Shown here: piece by piece, positions 40,901 to 48,982 of the stretch
Layout of the letters: each line of letters begins with the position of its first letter
Numbering within the stretch: the stretch's first letter is position 1
Assembly (NCBI GenBank): GCA_947626865.1
Contig: CANQTZ010000001.1
Location: 3,772 to 67,771, forward strand
DNA length: 64,000 nucleotides
Reading direction: 5' to 3'
Source of the DNA: an uncultured Clostridia bacterium
GTDB taxonomy: Bacteria > Bacillota > Clostridia > TANB77 > CAG-508
Position numbers and translations under genes: made by a program
The notes under the pieces: model-generated
Told to the model about the DNA's origin: nothing
The model's input: only the letters and a program-made list of their open reading frames with translations
Database searches by the model: none

Positions 40901-41255
40901 CCCTATTTTTATAGCAATAGTCTAAAGCAGGATACATAAAGCATTCAGTTTTACCAGAACCAGTACCAGTGGCTATAATAGTAGATTTTGGTTCGTCTAT
41001 TGCTAACCTTTGAAATGCCTTACTTTGATGTAAATACGGTGTATAATTTAGTTTAACACCTTCAAATTCTGTTTCTAAATCAGAAGTTCTAAATGGCATT
41101 TTAACAGAAATGTATGGTTCATGATAAACTGCATCCTTGGTTTTTAATAGTTTATCTATAGAACCTTTAAAGCAACTATTTGTCATTGGAAAAGTTGCTT
41201 CAATATAATCTTTTAAACCTTTTTCAAGCTGTCTTGAAAGAATTGATGGTAGCAT
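34956..41255 (-). CDS. 2099-aa DExH helicase with multiple zinc ribbons, DUF1998 (MrfA-type) zinc module, PD-(D/E)xK/DUF559-like region and a C-terminal tail of unknown function (DrmA+DrmB-like or DruE-like)
   Basis: ATGTGSGKTECF (about nt 40970), VDELHTFDG, GTSATIG, TPTLEMGIDIGDL...QRVGRAGR. CxxC pairs: CRDCG, CPEC..CSSCG, CPHC, CDKCG, CPNC..CPQCG, CKHCG. DUF1998 signature VIYDSVPGGTGYL...CSCKDDPQKDGCYHC (about nt 36370-36500). KPDFVMW...IAIFTDGFTFH...DDTLKREAIRQSGNFRVWSL (about nt 35867-36050). Confidence 0.85.
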   Translation of the reverse strand: MLPSILSRQLEKGLKDYIEATFPMTNSCFKGSIDKLLKTKDAVYHEPYISVKMPFRTSDLETEFEGVKLNYTPYLHQSKAFQRLAIDEPKSTIIATGTGSGKTECFMYPALDYCYKNRGTRGVKVLIIYPMNALASDQARRIAKEIYGNSKLKGNITVGMYVGGEELGRTSMVMGKETVITDHETLLSNPPDILLTNYKMLDYLLVRPKDASLWRDNKSETLKYIIVDELHTFDGAQGTDLACLLRRLKNRLNTPKDYICSVGTSATIGSGDDSKSILRYASEIFGEKFDDNAVITEDRLNPSEFFNKDISEFKTPSNAEINEIYEAYQKDDFDNFIKLATKAWFTDFDEDKALTDDGKVELADRLITHNFVVSMISLMKNKFVQNTYLINELKDSYPFLNEINEKEFAIDTLFAIISYARNKIDDKLRPFLTVSVQLWIRELRRVVGKVSDTNIEYALATDLNHNQASKYLPVINCRDCGYTGWASMVDARQNIKIRDLNAFYNTFFNYDDNIIFIYPQKHDENVTNDFYKGFICPECMQVDLGEEEHHSCSSCGAESISVIIPKEIKTRGKHKHYVCPHCKSTSSLSLLGLRSATTISATVSQMFSSKFNDDKKTLTFSDNVQDAAHRAGFFNSRTWKFSLRSAIQKFCDEKGNKMNLYDFQNEFINYWKSQLSLEEYVSLFIPPNLTWMDSYESMKKNGNLPKNDQTNTLIQFIDKRLKYEILLEYGLTSRIGRTLEKTYSSIVVFQNNVIDKVANNIKDLIYNERGRNIDKDIYIKIVFYILNKLKYNGAFYDSAYEYYLENGCQDYFLSNTFRKWMPGKNTSRNTPEFLCKQHRLIEKNKFKNLCNIENKNSRYIKDITAILPIELLEEDLAQSIFEQCIYELKNCNLLVEIKPNDNISIYGINTKSVFISNEVKTFKCDKCGQYFSIGKENNKYANDLLCLSNNCYGILKENSSINFDYYHNLYCNGDIKRIVAEEHTGLLDRNTREDVEKVFKHSKDEQKPWDTNILSCTPTLEMGIDIGDLSSVILCSMPPAQSKYLQRVGRAGRKDGNALTITVANARPHDLYFYASPLEMIEGEVDTPRIFLDASAVLERQFVAFCFDSWVKNGVAESAIPKSIGTCLTKLDSKDISVFPYNLLKFTQERLSKLLANFFRLFPEISAATKGEIYLFANGTGLENSPMHLKIYETLDTLRKQKDSLTENIKDLTIQIEKIEAMPYDSSYDDEKKELEAEKRALAQVIKNMTRKNVFNFLSDEGLLPNYAFPEEGITLKAILRKREDKTNFDAKDKKYRKVVYEFNRPSSSAISEFAPLNNFYASGRKLTIDQVDLVSADITTWRLCPNCSHAEIEVEGKHTSSCPQCGTPAWADKGQLRSMLKAQMVYSNVDYDTSKIDDESDDRKVTFYNKQLLVDINEDEDIQKAYRMDNSEFPFGFEYIKKANIREINFGEADLSGEKLFVSGIESIRKGFRICKHCGKIQIKEGKGEHTYSCKVKSTEYDPNDYENCLFLYRELQTEVIRLLIPSTTLDSTKIKVESFEAAFMLGMKEFFGNVEHLRTCISEAPVQGSDYRKQYLVIYDSVPGGTGYLKQLLQNDNFLIDVFQKAINVMENCSCKDDPQKDGCYHCLYGYRQSRNIGSISRKIALNMFRQILSGKDNLKLINSIKDIPVNGLADSELEMMFIEALSLFKSDRRELTINKDFVNNKEGYILKIGKCRWEIEPQVLLGKEQNVSITCKPDFVMWPSKGCKNQLPIAIFTDGFTFHKNKTWDDTLKREAIRQSGNFRVWSLTFKDVQDKFKSQGEYYTNTLLPEKMPSGTVMYNKMLKDGDEIVKPSKVSTFELLVEYLETNNAEDIFKHHAEAYSWSLIDSSRRADREAYNLWNEDITKLMYSIKVEYLKTFEETLFGTWIPRDINSSLSIYSGINYINKEPAYPYIFAELNDENSKDDTYEKEWNGFWNLYNMMQFSSYFYGLTTSGVIKDIYKSLSIKEIKTEEIVVDKEEYDSRWEDVIHNIYDEKAIKFAKECAKNNIILPDEVGFELYENGLIIGECELIWKSYKVVYLTDNQIKDSEKAFINNGYIIIKDISEAIKNIGGDK

Positions 41256-41257
41256 TA

Positions 41258-44200
41258 TTATTCCTCACCTTCATATTTTTTTGTAAAAAATTCCCACGCT
41301 GTTTTATAATCTTCTATTCTATCACATTTATCAAATGGAGCTACATATTCTATAGTACGTTCAATTGGTCCTTCTGGCATAGTATCATCTATTATTGTAC
41401 GATAAAATTTTTCTCCTTCTTTTGCATTTTTTATTTCTTCAAAGTCTTGTCTCTTAAAAATTAAATCTCCCATATTTTTAGAAGAAAATACAATTCTACC
41501 TTTAGCATCATACCAAGTATCTTCTTCATATTTCATCAATACTGGAAACTGTATTTTATAAATTGTACAAAGCTCTTCTAAAGTAATTCCTAATGCAAGT
41601 GAGACAAGAACATCTATTTCAACTAAAGCTTGTCTTCTTTCGTAATCTGTTCGTAATATTCTGTCAAAGGACCATATTGTATTTGAATTTGTATAATATT
41701 TTACATTTAATCTATCATCAAATTTTGACCATGAATCCCTCGAAATTTTCTTATAAGAATTATTCCAAAGGTCAGAATAATCTGTAGTTAAGCAATTTAA
41801 CATTAATAATCTATTAATTATTAATTGATTATATTTTGAACTTAATATAGGTAATTTTCCGATATTATCAAGTGTAAGATTAGTTTTACCCATTATTTTA
41901 ATAAAGAAATCATAAGGCAAAGAAGCACAAGCTCCTGCAAATAAAGTAGCTGTATTAACATCTTCAAAGGAAATTCCAATAGCTCCATTAATGTGTGAAG
42001 TACCTAATGGTATAATTGCTCCCATAAGTGTTCTTTCTTGTGTTAAATTCAACATTTTTCTAAATAGACATCTATAAGTTTCTGTATATTTTCTTCCCCA
42101 TGGCATATTTGGAATACAATTATTGTAATCTATTAAATCACATTTTGGAGAATAATTACATCTTGGATAATAATGTTCATTAATATTTGTTAAATCAATA
42201 TTATCATAATCACCATTAGAAGAATATTTTCGTCTAGTAGTTTTAAATAACGGACAAGCTAAATATAAATGTGGTCCAGAATAAATCATATCTTGTGTAG
42301 TCGTTGCAAAATGTACATTTTTTTTAATTGTTCCATCATTTTGTGCATTAGTCTCATGCCACATTTCACAAATAGATATATGTTTTTCTAAATCTTTGAG
42401 TAAAACTTTCTGTTTTGTAAATTTTGAAAGTATATTTAACATACTTTCTGTATGAATTGGAGTAATCTTAGCTGTTTTATAATTTTCATTTCCATCAAAT
42501 AGTTCAGCAAATAATAATAATTCATCTTTTCCTATATGTAATATTCGATTAGGATGTCCTAATACACTCCATTCTCCTTTGTTATTTTTTAATCCTTCAA
42601 GCTGATTTGTACATTTTTTATCATAACAATCATCTAAAGCATTAACAGAATATAAATTGGCAATCATTTCAAAATCATTAGTTTCTGTATTGGAGTAAAT
42701 ATTTATACTATATACTACATGATTATCTATATCTTGGAATAATTTTTTTACATTCATAAATTGAAAATGTTTTCTTAATTTTGGATACATTATCTCACGT
42801 AATTTTTCACCATTAGGATCATTAAATGGACCATCTGGATGAATAAATGCACTTACTCCATCTATAGCTCTGCAATACATCCAAGCAATAGGTAAAAAAC
42901 ATTTATACAAATTTGTTTGTTGTCCCTTTAGAACATCATAGTTTTGTATAGAATTAAAAAAATTTTGTTGACCACATATATTCGTATATTCGTTTAAATA
43001 AGATAATAATGTTTGATAATCTTTTAATGCATCTTCTCTTCTAAAAGTAGTTTCATTAGCACTCAATTTTCTAACCGCAACTAATGGATTATTATCTGCA
43101 AGAACTCCTTGTTCTTTCCATTCCAGCTTTACCCATGGTGGATTTCCTATCATTAAGTCAAAACCACCTTTCTCTTCAAACAAATCTGCAAATTCTAATT
43201 CCCAATGCATAAAATGATTTTCATTTGCTATTTTTCTGACTATTGCTAAACGTTCTTCTGTTTCACACAATTTATCAAGATTTACATGTCCTAAATCATC
43301 ATATTTTTTTTGAATTTCTTGTGCTATTAAATTTATATTAGTATCGAACATTGAAGTCTGATATGCTGTTTTACCATCTTTATATATGGTAAATTTGCCT
43401 TCTTGTCCTTCTTGTTTAACAGACATGATTCCACCTTCAAGTATTAATGACATATCATAAATATATTCACTTCTTGATGGTAAAAATTCTGCTTTATCTA
43501 TCGGCCAAAACCATAAAGAACACCAGTAATCCATAGCAAATTTTAATCTTGCATAAGGACCTGCATTTTCCATTTTTTCTGATTTATATAAATTTCTATA
43601 AATCATATCTTTTTGTCTAATTGTTGTATGGGAATCTTCAATTCCATCTTCATGCCCATATATAGAAATTTTATCTGCTGTTCTTTCATCAATCTCTTTC
43701 CTTAATTCAATTTGTTTTGACCACAAATTATCTATAATTGAAGATAATCTTAATAGTGATTCTATTTCATCTGGATTATATGGTTTAATAAATTCTTTAT
43801 TCCAATTCTTCATATAATCCAGATTCTCTTTTTCTAATTCTTTTATTACTTTATCCTTATAAGAACACATTCCAGGATCACCTGTAAGGAAATGATAAAT
43901 CTGTTTTTTTTGTTTTTTACTTTCTTTTGTATTTCTTATAGTTCCTGGATTAAGCCTTTTGGGTTCATTATTATGCCATTGAAGTTTTTTATTTGTTGTA
44001 GCTAATTGTTCTGTATTATAAACCTGTCTTCTTGCACCTATTAAAGAATTACCATTTACAATTTGTGTTCCAAACCAAGGAACATACCCACCTTTACAAA
44101 TTGTATTTAACCATAATGAAACTTCCGCAAGTTCTACTGCAGTTGGATTTAAATCAACACCATATATATTTCTGTCTGCAATATACATTTTTACTTTTTG

Positions 44201-46030
44201 TATTTGATCATATCTTTCTTCATATGGTATTAATTCACCTAATTCTTCTTGTTTTTTATTAATATAAGCTTCTGCTAGTTGATTAATTGCTTCATTTAAG
44301 AAGGCTGCACTTCCCATAGCAGGCTCACATATTGTTAATTTTAATATATCATCAGCTGATTTATCTTGTAATAATTCTTTTAGGGCATACTTTACTAAAC
44401 ATTTTGTTAATACTTCAGGTGTATAATATGAAGCAGATTTTTCTCTTTCTCTTCCGGCTAATCTATATATAAATGTACCTTTTTCATATTTACGAGGTTT
44501 GCCTTTATTTATTCCAGACTCATATCTTACTCTTTCTTCTTCTGTATAATTATCAAGTTCAGATTCTGGAATGAAGTATCCAACTTCCAATTCATCAAAA
44601 GAATCTCCTGCTCTTTTAACTTCATACAAAGTCTGTTCAGCAATAAATCCTCTATATGATAACAACGCCTCATATACTGCTCCTAATTGGTTTATTCCTA
44701 AATTAGAATAAGATATTCTTCCTCTACCAGTTCGACTTCCTCTTGATATACTCATTAATCTAAGAATTTTTACCATTGTAGAATTGCGAAGTTTTATCTT
44801 ACTTATCATACTCGTTAACTCTGGATCAAATATATGAGCTTTTAATGGTTCAACAACAAATGCATTATGGATTGATTCCATTTTTTCAGCATTAATTAAT
44901 TCTTCTTGATTGCTAGGATAGCCAGAATAGATAATATCAAATAATTTGTTAATACTATCTCCCAAATAATATCCATTATCTACTTCTTCTATATCTTCAT
45001 TTATTTCATCAACAACATCTCTAAGTGTTTCAAGAGAATAACCTGTTACATATGAAATATCTTTCATTGGAGCATATCCTAATTCAGGTCTTGCCTCAAT
45101 AAACAATACAAACAGCATTCTATACATATATCTTAGGCATTGCATTGTAAGTTCTGAAGCATCTATAGGATTATTATCTAAATCTCTATTTTCATTATTT
45201 TTAAAATAATATAATACTTCATTTCCTAATAATTCTATACATTCCCTCAAAGCATATTTTAAATCTTGAGATATTCCTGCAGCATGTCTATTTGAATTCT
45301 CATTTAATTCATCTAAAAGTGAAGTACCTTCATCTGGACATAATGAATCTTTATGAAGCAAAATTGACATTGCTTGTAAACATGATTCTTCTCTTCTTGA
45401 AAATATTTCTTTTAAATCAAAACCTAAATATCTTTTTTCGTTCCATTTATTTCTATCAATTAAAGAAATTCCATTAATTCCAATAACAATAATCCATCTT
45501 GGTGGATTATCATTTTCAAAGAATGATTTTGTAACCAAATCTTCACAGTTATATTCTTCATTAATGTAACTCTCGATTGACTCTTCTTCTATACTTCCAT
45601 CAAATGCATTTCCATATAAAACATCTTCATCATCTTCTTTATTTTGAGATAAAAGTATCCAAAGTAGAGGATTTCCATTAGTTGATTTTATTTCTTTGTA
45701 TACTGGTACTTTAATATCATTACCTATTGTTTCAAAAAACGGTTCAGCATCATTATATCCCAATGAATTTAAATACTTATCAGCCATCTCTTTTATAATT
45801 AAGGAAATACTATTATTACTTCTAGTTCTTAAATATTTCTCATGCATAGCATAATATGATTTAGCATCTTCTTTAAGCATAGACCATGGAGTTTTAACAT
45901 TTTCACTTGCCCTAGCTGAATCTCTCCATTCTGAAATTTGAGCAGTAGCATTTTCTTCAAATATTGATGAAAAATAATGATTAGTATAATATTCATTATA
46001 ATTATTTATACCTGTATAAATCTTTGCCAT
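41258..46030 (-). CDS. 1590-aa gamma-class N6-adenine DNA methyltransferase (Eco57I/PglX/DrmMI-like)
   Basis: Motif I ICEPAMGSAAFLNEA (about nt 44300-44343), IYGVDLNPTAVELAEVSLWL, motif IV LMIGNPPWVKLEW (about nt 43125-43165). Large flanking regions have no motifs that I recognise. Confidence 0.85.
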   Translation of the reverse strand: MAKIYTGINNYNEYYTNHYFSSIFEENATAQISEWRDSARASENVKTPWSMLKEDAKSYYAMHEKYLRTRSNNSISLIIKEMADKYLNSLGYNDAEPFFETIGNDIKVPVYKEIKSTNGNPLLWILLSQNKEDDEDVLYGNAFDGSIEEESIESYINEEYNCEDLVTKSFFENDNPPRWIIVIGINGISLIDRNKWNEKRYLGFDLKEIFSRREESCLQAMSILLHKDSLCPDEGTSLLDELNENSNRHAAGISQDLKYALRECIELLGNEVLYYFKNNENRDLDNNPIDASELTMQCLRYMYRMLFVLFIEARPELGYAPMKDISYVTGYSLETLRDVVDEINEDIEEVDNGYYLGDSINKLFDIIYSGYPSNQEELINAEKMESIHNAFVVEPLKAHIFDPELTSMISKIKLRNSTMVKILRLMSISRGSRTGRGRISYSNLGINQLGAVYEALLSYRGFIAEQTLYEVKRAGDSFDELEVGYFIPESELDNYTEEERVRYESGINKGKPRKYEKGTFIYRLAGREREKSASYYTPEVLTKCLVKYALKELLQDKSADDILKLTICEPAMGSAAFLNEAINQLAEAYINKKQEELGELIPYEERYDQIQKVKMYIADRNIYGVDLNPTAVELAEVSLWLNTICKGGYVPWFGTQIVNGNSLIGARRQVYNTEQLATTNKKLQWHNNEPKRLNPGTIRNTKESKKQKKQIYHFLTGDPGMCSYKDKVIKELEKENLDYMKNWNKEFIKPYNPDEIESLLRLSSIIDNLWSKQIELRKEIDERTADKISIYGHEDGIEDSHTTIRQKDMIYRNLYKSEKMENAGPYARLKFAMDYWCSLWFWPIDKAEFLPSRSEYIYDMSLILEGGIMSVKQEGQEGKFTIYKDGKTAYQTSMFDTNINLIAQEIQKKYDDLGHVNLDKLCETEERLAIVRKIANENHFMHWELEFADLFEEKGGFDLMIGNPPWVKLEWKEQGVLADNNPLVAVRKLSANETTFRREDALKDYQTLLSYLNEYTNICGQQNFFNSIQNYDVLKGQQTNLYKCFLPIAWMYCRAIDGVSAFIHPDGPFNDPNGEKLREIMYPKLRKHFQFMNVKKLFQDIDNHVVYSINIYSNTETNDFEMIANLYSVNALDDCYDKKCTNQLEGLKNNKGEWSVLGHPNRILHIGKDELLLFAELFDGNENYKTAKITPIHTESMLNILSKFTKQKVLLKDLEKHISICEMWHETNAQNDGTIKKNVHFATTTQDMIYSGPHLYLACPLFKTTRRKYSSNGDYDNIDLTNINEHYYPRCNYSPKCDLIDYNNCIPNMPWGRKYTETYRCLFRKMLNLTQERTLMGAIIPLGTSHINGAIGISFEDVNTATLFAGACASLPYDFFIKIMGKTNLTLDNIGKLPILSSKYNQLIINRLLMLNCLTTDYSDLWNNSYKKISRDSWSKFDDRLNVKYYTNSNTIWSFDRILRTDYERRQALVEIDVLVSLALGITLEELCTIYKIQFPVLMKYEEDTWYDAKGRIVFSSKNMGDLIFKRQDFEEIKNAKEGEKFYRTIIDDTMPEGPIERTIEYVAPFDKCDRIEDYKTAWEFFTKKYEGEE

Positions 46031-46031
46031 T

Positions 46032-48857
46032 TTACACCTCCATTAATACTGCTACTACTTTTATAAATGGATGATTTTCTGCCTTTACACTATCATCATA
46101 CCATTTCCTATAATTATCAAAAACTTCTTCTATTTTATTTTTCTTTAATAATTTTGTTCTAGTCAATTGCTCATCAAATAAACTCAATTGATTATATTCT
46201 AAATGTTTTTTCTTTAATTCTTCAAGTTTGTCAGCATATGTAATTACTTCTTCAGCAACTTTATCATCATATTCTTTAAATTTATCGCCCAAAATCTCTT
46301 TTACTTTCTCTATAGCTATATTCATATTTGCTTTTGCCTCATTTAATTCATTTTCTGTAATTATACTTTCATTAGGTACTGATTTATTGCTAAGTTTTGT
46401 TTTTTCTAATAAATCTTTAATAGACAATATATCTAATATACAATTATCTTTAACTTTTATTCCATACCATTCATCAATAACTGGCGTTGAACGTCTATTA
46501 AATATTGAGCCAGAAATGATATAAACAAGTGATTTTTCAGAATTATCTGATTTAAAGCCTAAAACTGGAGCTTCTCCCCTTCCAAATAATAATTTTGATT
46601 TGTCATTTATCCAGTTATAAATTGGATGTAATCCCCACAAAAATTGCGTTTGTGGCCATGCTTCTTTTGACAAATCATTTTGCATACACCTATCCATTTC
46701 CTGCATAATGAATTCTTTATTAGGACTTAATTTCAATTTATTATTATCTGCTAAAACTTCGTCAGGTACTTGAGATCTTAATCTTCTTTTCATTTCATCT
46801 GTTAATTCAATTTCTACACTATCAGCAATTCCTAATTCATGAGCTATATGTTCTGATTTTTCATTAAAAACAGATAGTGATTGAAGTAAGTATTCTTTAT
46901 CTGTATACAATGTAGAATCATTAATTGTTTCAGAATAATTATTATCAATCTCATCTGTTTTCATTAATAATTCGAAAGGATCAAATTCTTCAGAAATCGT
47001 TTCTAATTTTTTTTCAAATTCTTCACTAGAAATATTATTCTCTATACTTTCAGCAACTTCCTGTTCTTCTTCTTCAATATTAAACTTACCCATCAACAAA
47101 GTAGGATCTCCTATATTCTTATAAGCTTGTTCTTCTTTTTGAATAAGGACTTCCATTATTCTAGAATCACCTTTTATTTTGGAATTAGAACTTTGAATTA
47201 AGAAATATCTAATATTAGGCTTTTCTTTTTGACCATATCTATCAATTCTTCCATTTCTTTGTTGAAATACCATTAATGACCATGGAATATCAAAATGAAT
47301 TAATCTATGGCTCAAATAATGTAAATTAATACCTTCTGAAGCAACATCTGAAGCAACTAATATTCTAATTTTAGATTCTTCTCTGCCAAAATCTTCTACT
47401 ATCTGTTGTTGCTCAATATCTGACATTCCGCCATACATTTCTTGAACTTGACCATTATTCATGTTTAGATCGTTTCTTAAATGATTAGCAAGCCATTTCA
47501 TTGTTTCAATTCTTTCAGTAAAAATAACTATTCTATCATTTTTTTCTTTTTTCCAGTTATACTCTGTACTATTTAATAATTCTATCAATTTTTGATATCT
47601 TGAAAATGATTTTTCATCAATTCTATTTAAAAGTTCTTTTAGTCCTTTTAAAGTATTTATATCTTTGAATTCATTTCCAAATCTCTTTTCAAGTTTCTTT
47701 ATTCTTTCATTTATACTTTTTATACACGCAACAGGTGAAGAAAATAGAGCTTTTTCAAGACTTGTTTTAAATAATTGTCCAGTAATTCTCTTATTTTTGT
47801 CATCCATTTCTAGTTTCATGTTAACAAAGTAATCATATGCTTCTTCCTCTAAAATTGAAGCTCTACATTTTTCTATATTAACCTCTCTCTCCTTAAACGA
47901 AGCTTGTATCTGATTACGAATATCTTTTTTAAATCTTCTTACACATAATCCTTTAATATCATCTTTTGTATAATCATGAGGATTAGCAATAGCTGTTGGG
48001 TCAAGCATATTCATTAATGATGCAAAACTTTCTGCCTTTCCGTCATGCGGAGTAGCAGATAATAAAATTAATGTATCACTTTTACTAGCTAATAATTGAG
48101 CAAGTTTTGCTCTTTGAGCTTGTCTCATTCCTCTGTCTGCAACATTATGTGCTTCATCAATTACTATAATATCCCAATATGCATTCTCTAAATGTGTTCT
48201 ATATTCAATATCTCTTTTTAAAGTATCGACAGATATAATAGTTTTATCATAATAGAAAAAAGGATTATAATTTGATGGCAATGTATTTCTTATTTTTTGA
48301 ATTTTATTTGAATCCAAACGCATTAATGGAATAGAAAAACGATTCCACATCTCTTTTTGAAACTGTGTCATCATACTTTTTACTGTAACAACAAGTATTC
48401 TTTTCCCTTTACCTCTTAATATTAATTCAGACATCAAAATTCCAGCTTCTAGTGTTTTACCAAGTCCTACACTATCTGCTATAAGAATTCTTTGTCTATG
48501 ATTTTTTAAACTCATAGCAGTTGGAATCAATTGAAAGTCCATTAAATCCATTGCTGCTTTATAACCTATATGAATCTTACTATCTGTTGGTATTTTTTGT
48601 CTTAAATTACTTTCAATATATAATTTTGATTTTTTAAAGAACGATGATGTATCAGCTACTAACTTAGTATTTGCTGGATTTATAATAGTAATATTATCCT
48701 CCAAATCCTCTAAAAAGATACTTTCCTTATCTTTCACTAATGGCGATATTCCAATGCAATAAATTGCTCTATTTCCGAAGCTATTTCTATCTATTTTTTT
48801 AATCATCCATTCTTCATCACGTACTAATATCCTTAATCCAGGTGCTAATTCTTCCAT
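46032..48857 (-). CDS. SNF2-family helicase/translocase (DrmD-like)
   Basis: 941 aa. ADSVGLGKT (about nt 48452-48480), VIDEAHN, LLSATPHDG, ILVASDVASEGINL, FQQRNGRIDRYGQ. Confidence 0.9.
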   Translation of the reverse strand: MEELAPGLRILVRDEEWMIKKIDRNSFGNRAIYCIGISPLVKDKESIFLEDLEDNITIINPANTKLVADTSSFFKKSKLYIESNLRQKIPTDSKIHIGYKAAMDLMDFQLIPTAMSLKNHRQRILIADSVGLGKTLEAGILMSELILRGKGKRILVVTVKSMMTQFQKEMWNRFSIPLMRLDSNKIQKIRNTLPSNYNPFFYYDKTIISVDTLKRDIEYRTHLENAYWDIIVIDEAHNVADRGMRQAQRAKLAQLLASKSDTLILLSATPHDGKAESFASLMNMLDPTAIANPHDYTKDDIKGLCVRRFKKDIRNQIQASFKEREVNIEKCRASILEEEAYDYFVNMKLEMDDKNKRITGQLFKTSLEKALFSSPVACIKSINERIKKLEKRFGNEFKDINTLKGLKELLNRIDEKSFSRYQKLIELLNSTEYNWKKEKNDRIVIFTERIETMKWLANHLRNDLNMNNGQVQEMYGGMSDIEQQQIVEDFGREESKIRILVASDVASEGINLHYLSHRLIHFDIPWSLMVFQQRNGRIDRYGQKEKPNIRYFLIQSSNSKIKGDSRIMEVLIQKEEQAYKNIGDPTLLMGKFNIEEEEQEVAESIENNISSEEFEKKLETISEEFDPFELLMKTDEIDNNYSETINDSTLYTDKEYLLQSLSVFNEKSEHIAHELGIADSVEIELTDEMKRRLRSQVPDEVLADNNKLKLSPNKEFIMQEMDRCMQNDLSKEAWPQTQFLWGLHPIYNWINDKSKLLFGRGEAPVLGFKSDNSEKSLVYIISGSIFNRRSTPVIDEWYGIKVKDNCILDILSIKDLLEKTKLSNKSVPNESIITENELNEAKANMNIAIEKVKEILGDKFKEYDDKVAEEVITYADKLEELKKKHLEYNQLSLFDEQLTRTKLLKKNKIEEVFDNYRKWYDDSVKAENHPFIKVVAVLMEV

Positions 48858-48916
48858 AAAAAATGCATCTCCAAATATTTTAAAAATTCTATTATATTTT
48901 ATATCACAAATTTCTT

Positions 48917-48958
48917 ATTATAGCAACAAAATTTAACAAATTTACAGGGTAATTTGTT
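48917..48958 (-). promoter_or_regulatory. candidate -10 box and upstream inverted repeat in the 125-bp gap between sbcC and the SNF2 gene
   Basis: On the minus strand, TATAAT (plus 48917-48922) lies 60 nt upstream of the ATG at 48857. It is preceded by the AACAAATT-N7-AAATTTGTT palindrome (plus 48935-48958), which could be the sbcC terminator or an operator. The signal is weak and AT-rich. Confidence 0.25.
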
Positions 48959-48982
48959 ACAATTTCCATTTTCTATAATTCT

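Noticed and set aside
32853-48857. Classifying the cassette as BREX or a type I / type ISP restriction-modification system
   Set aside because: No PglZ, BrxA/B/C/L, HsdS or HsdR-like ORFs are present. The presence of SNF2 and DUF1998 points to DISARM/Druantia-like systems instead.
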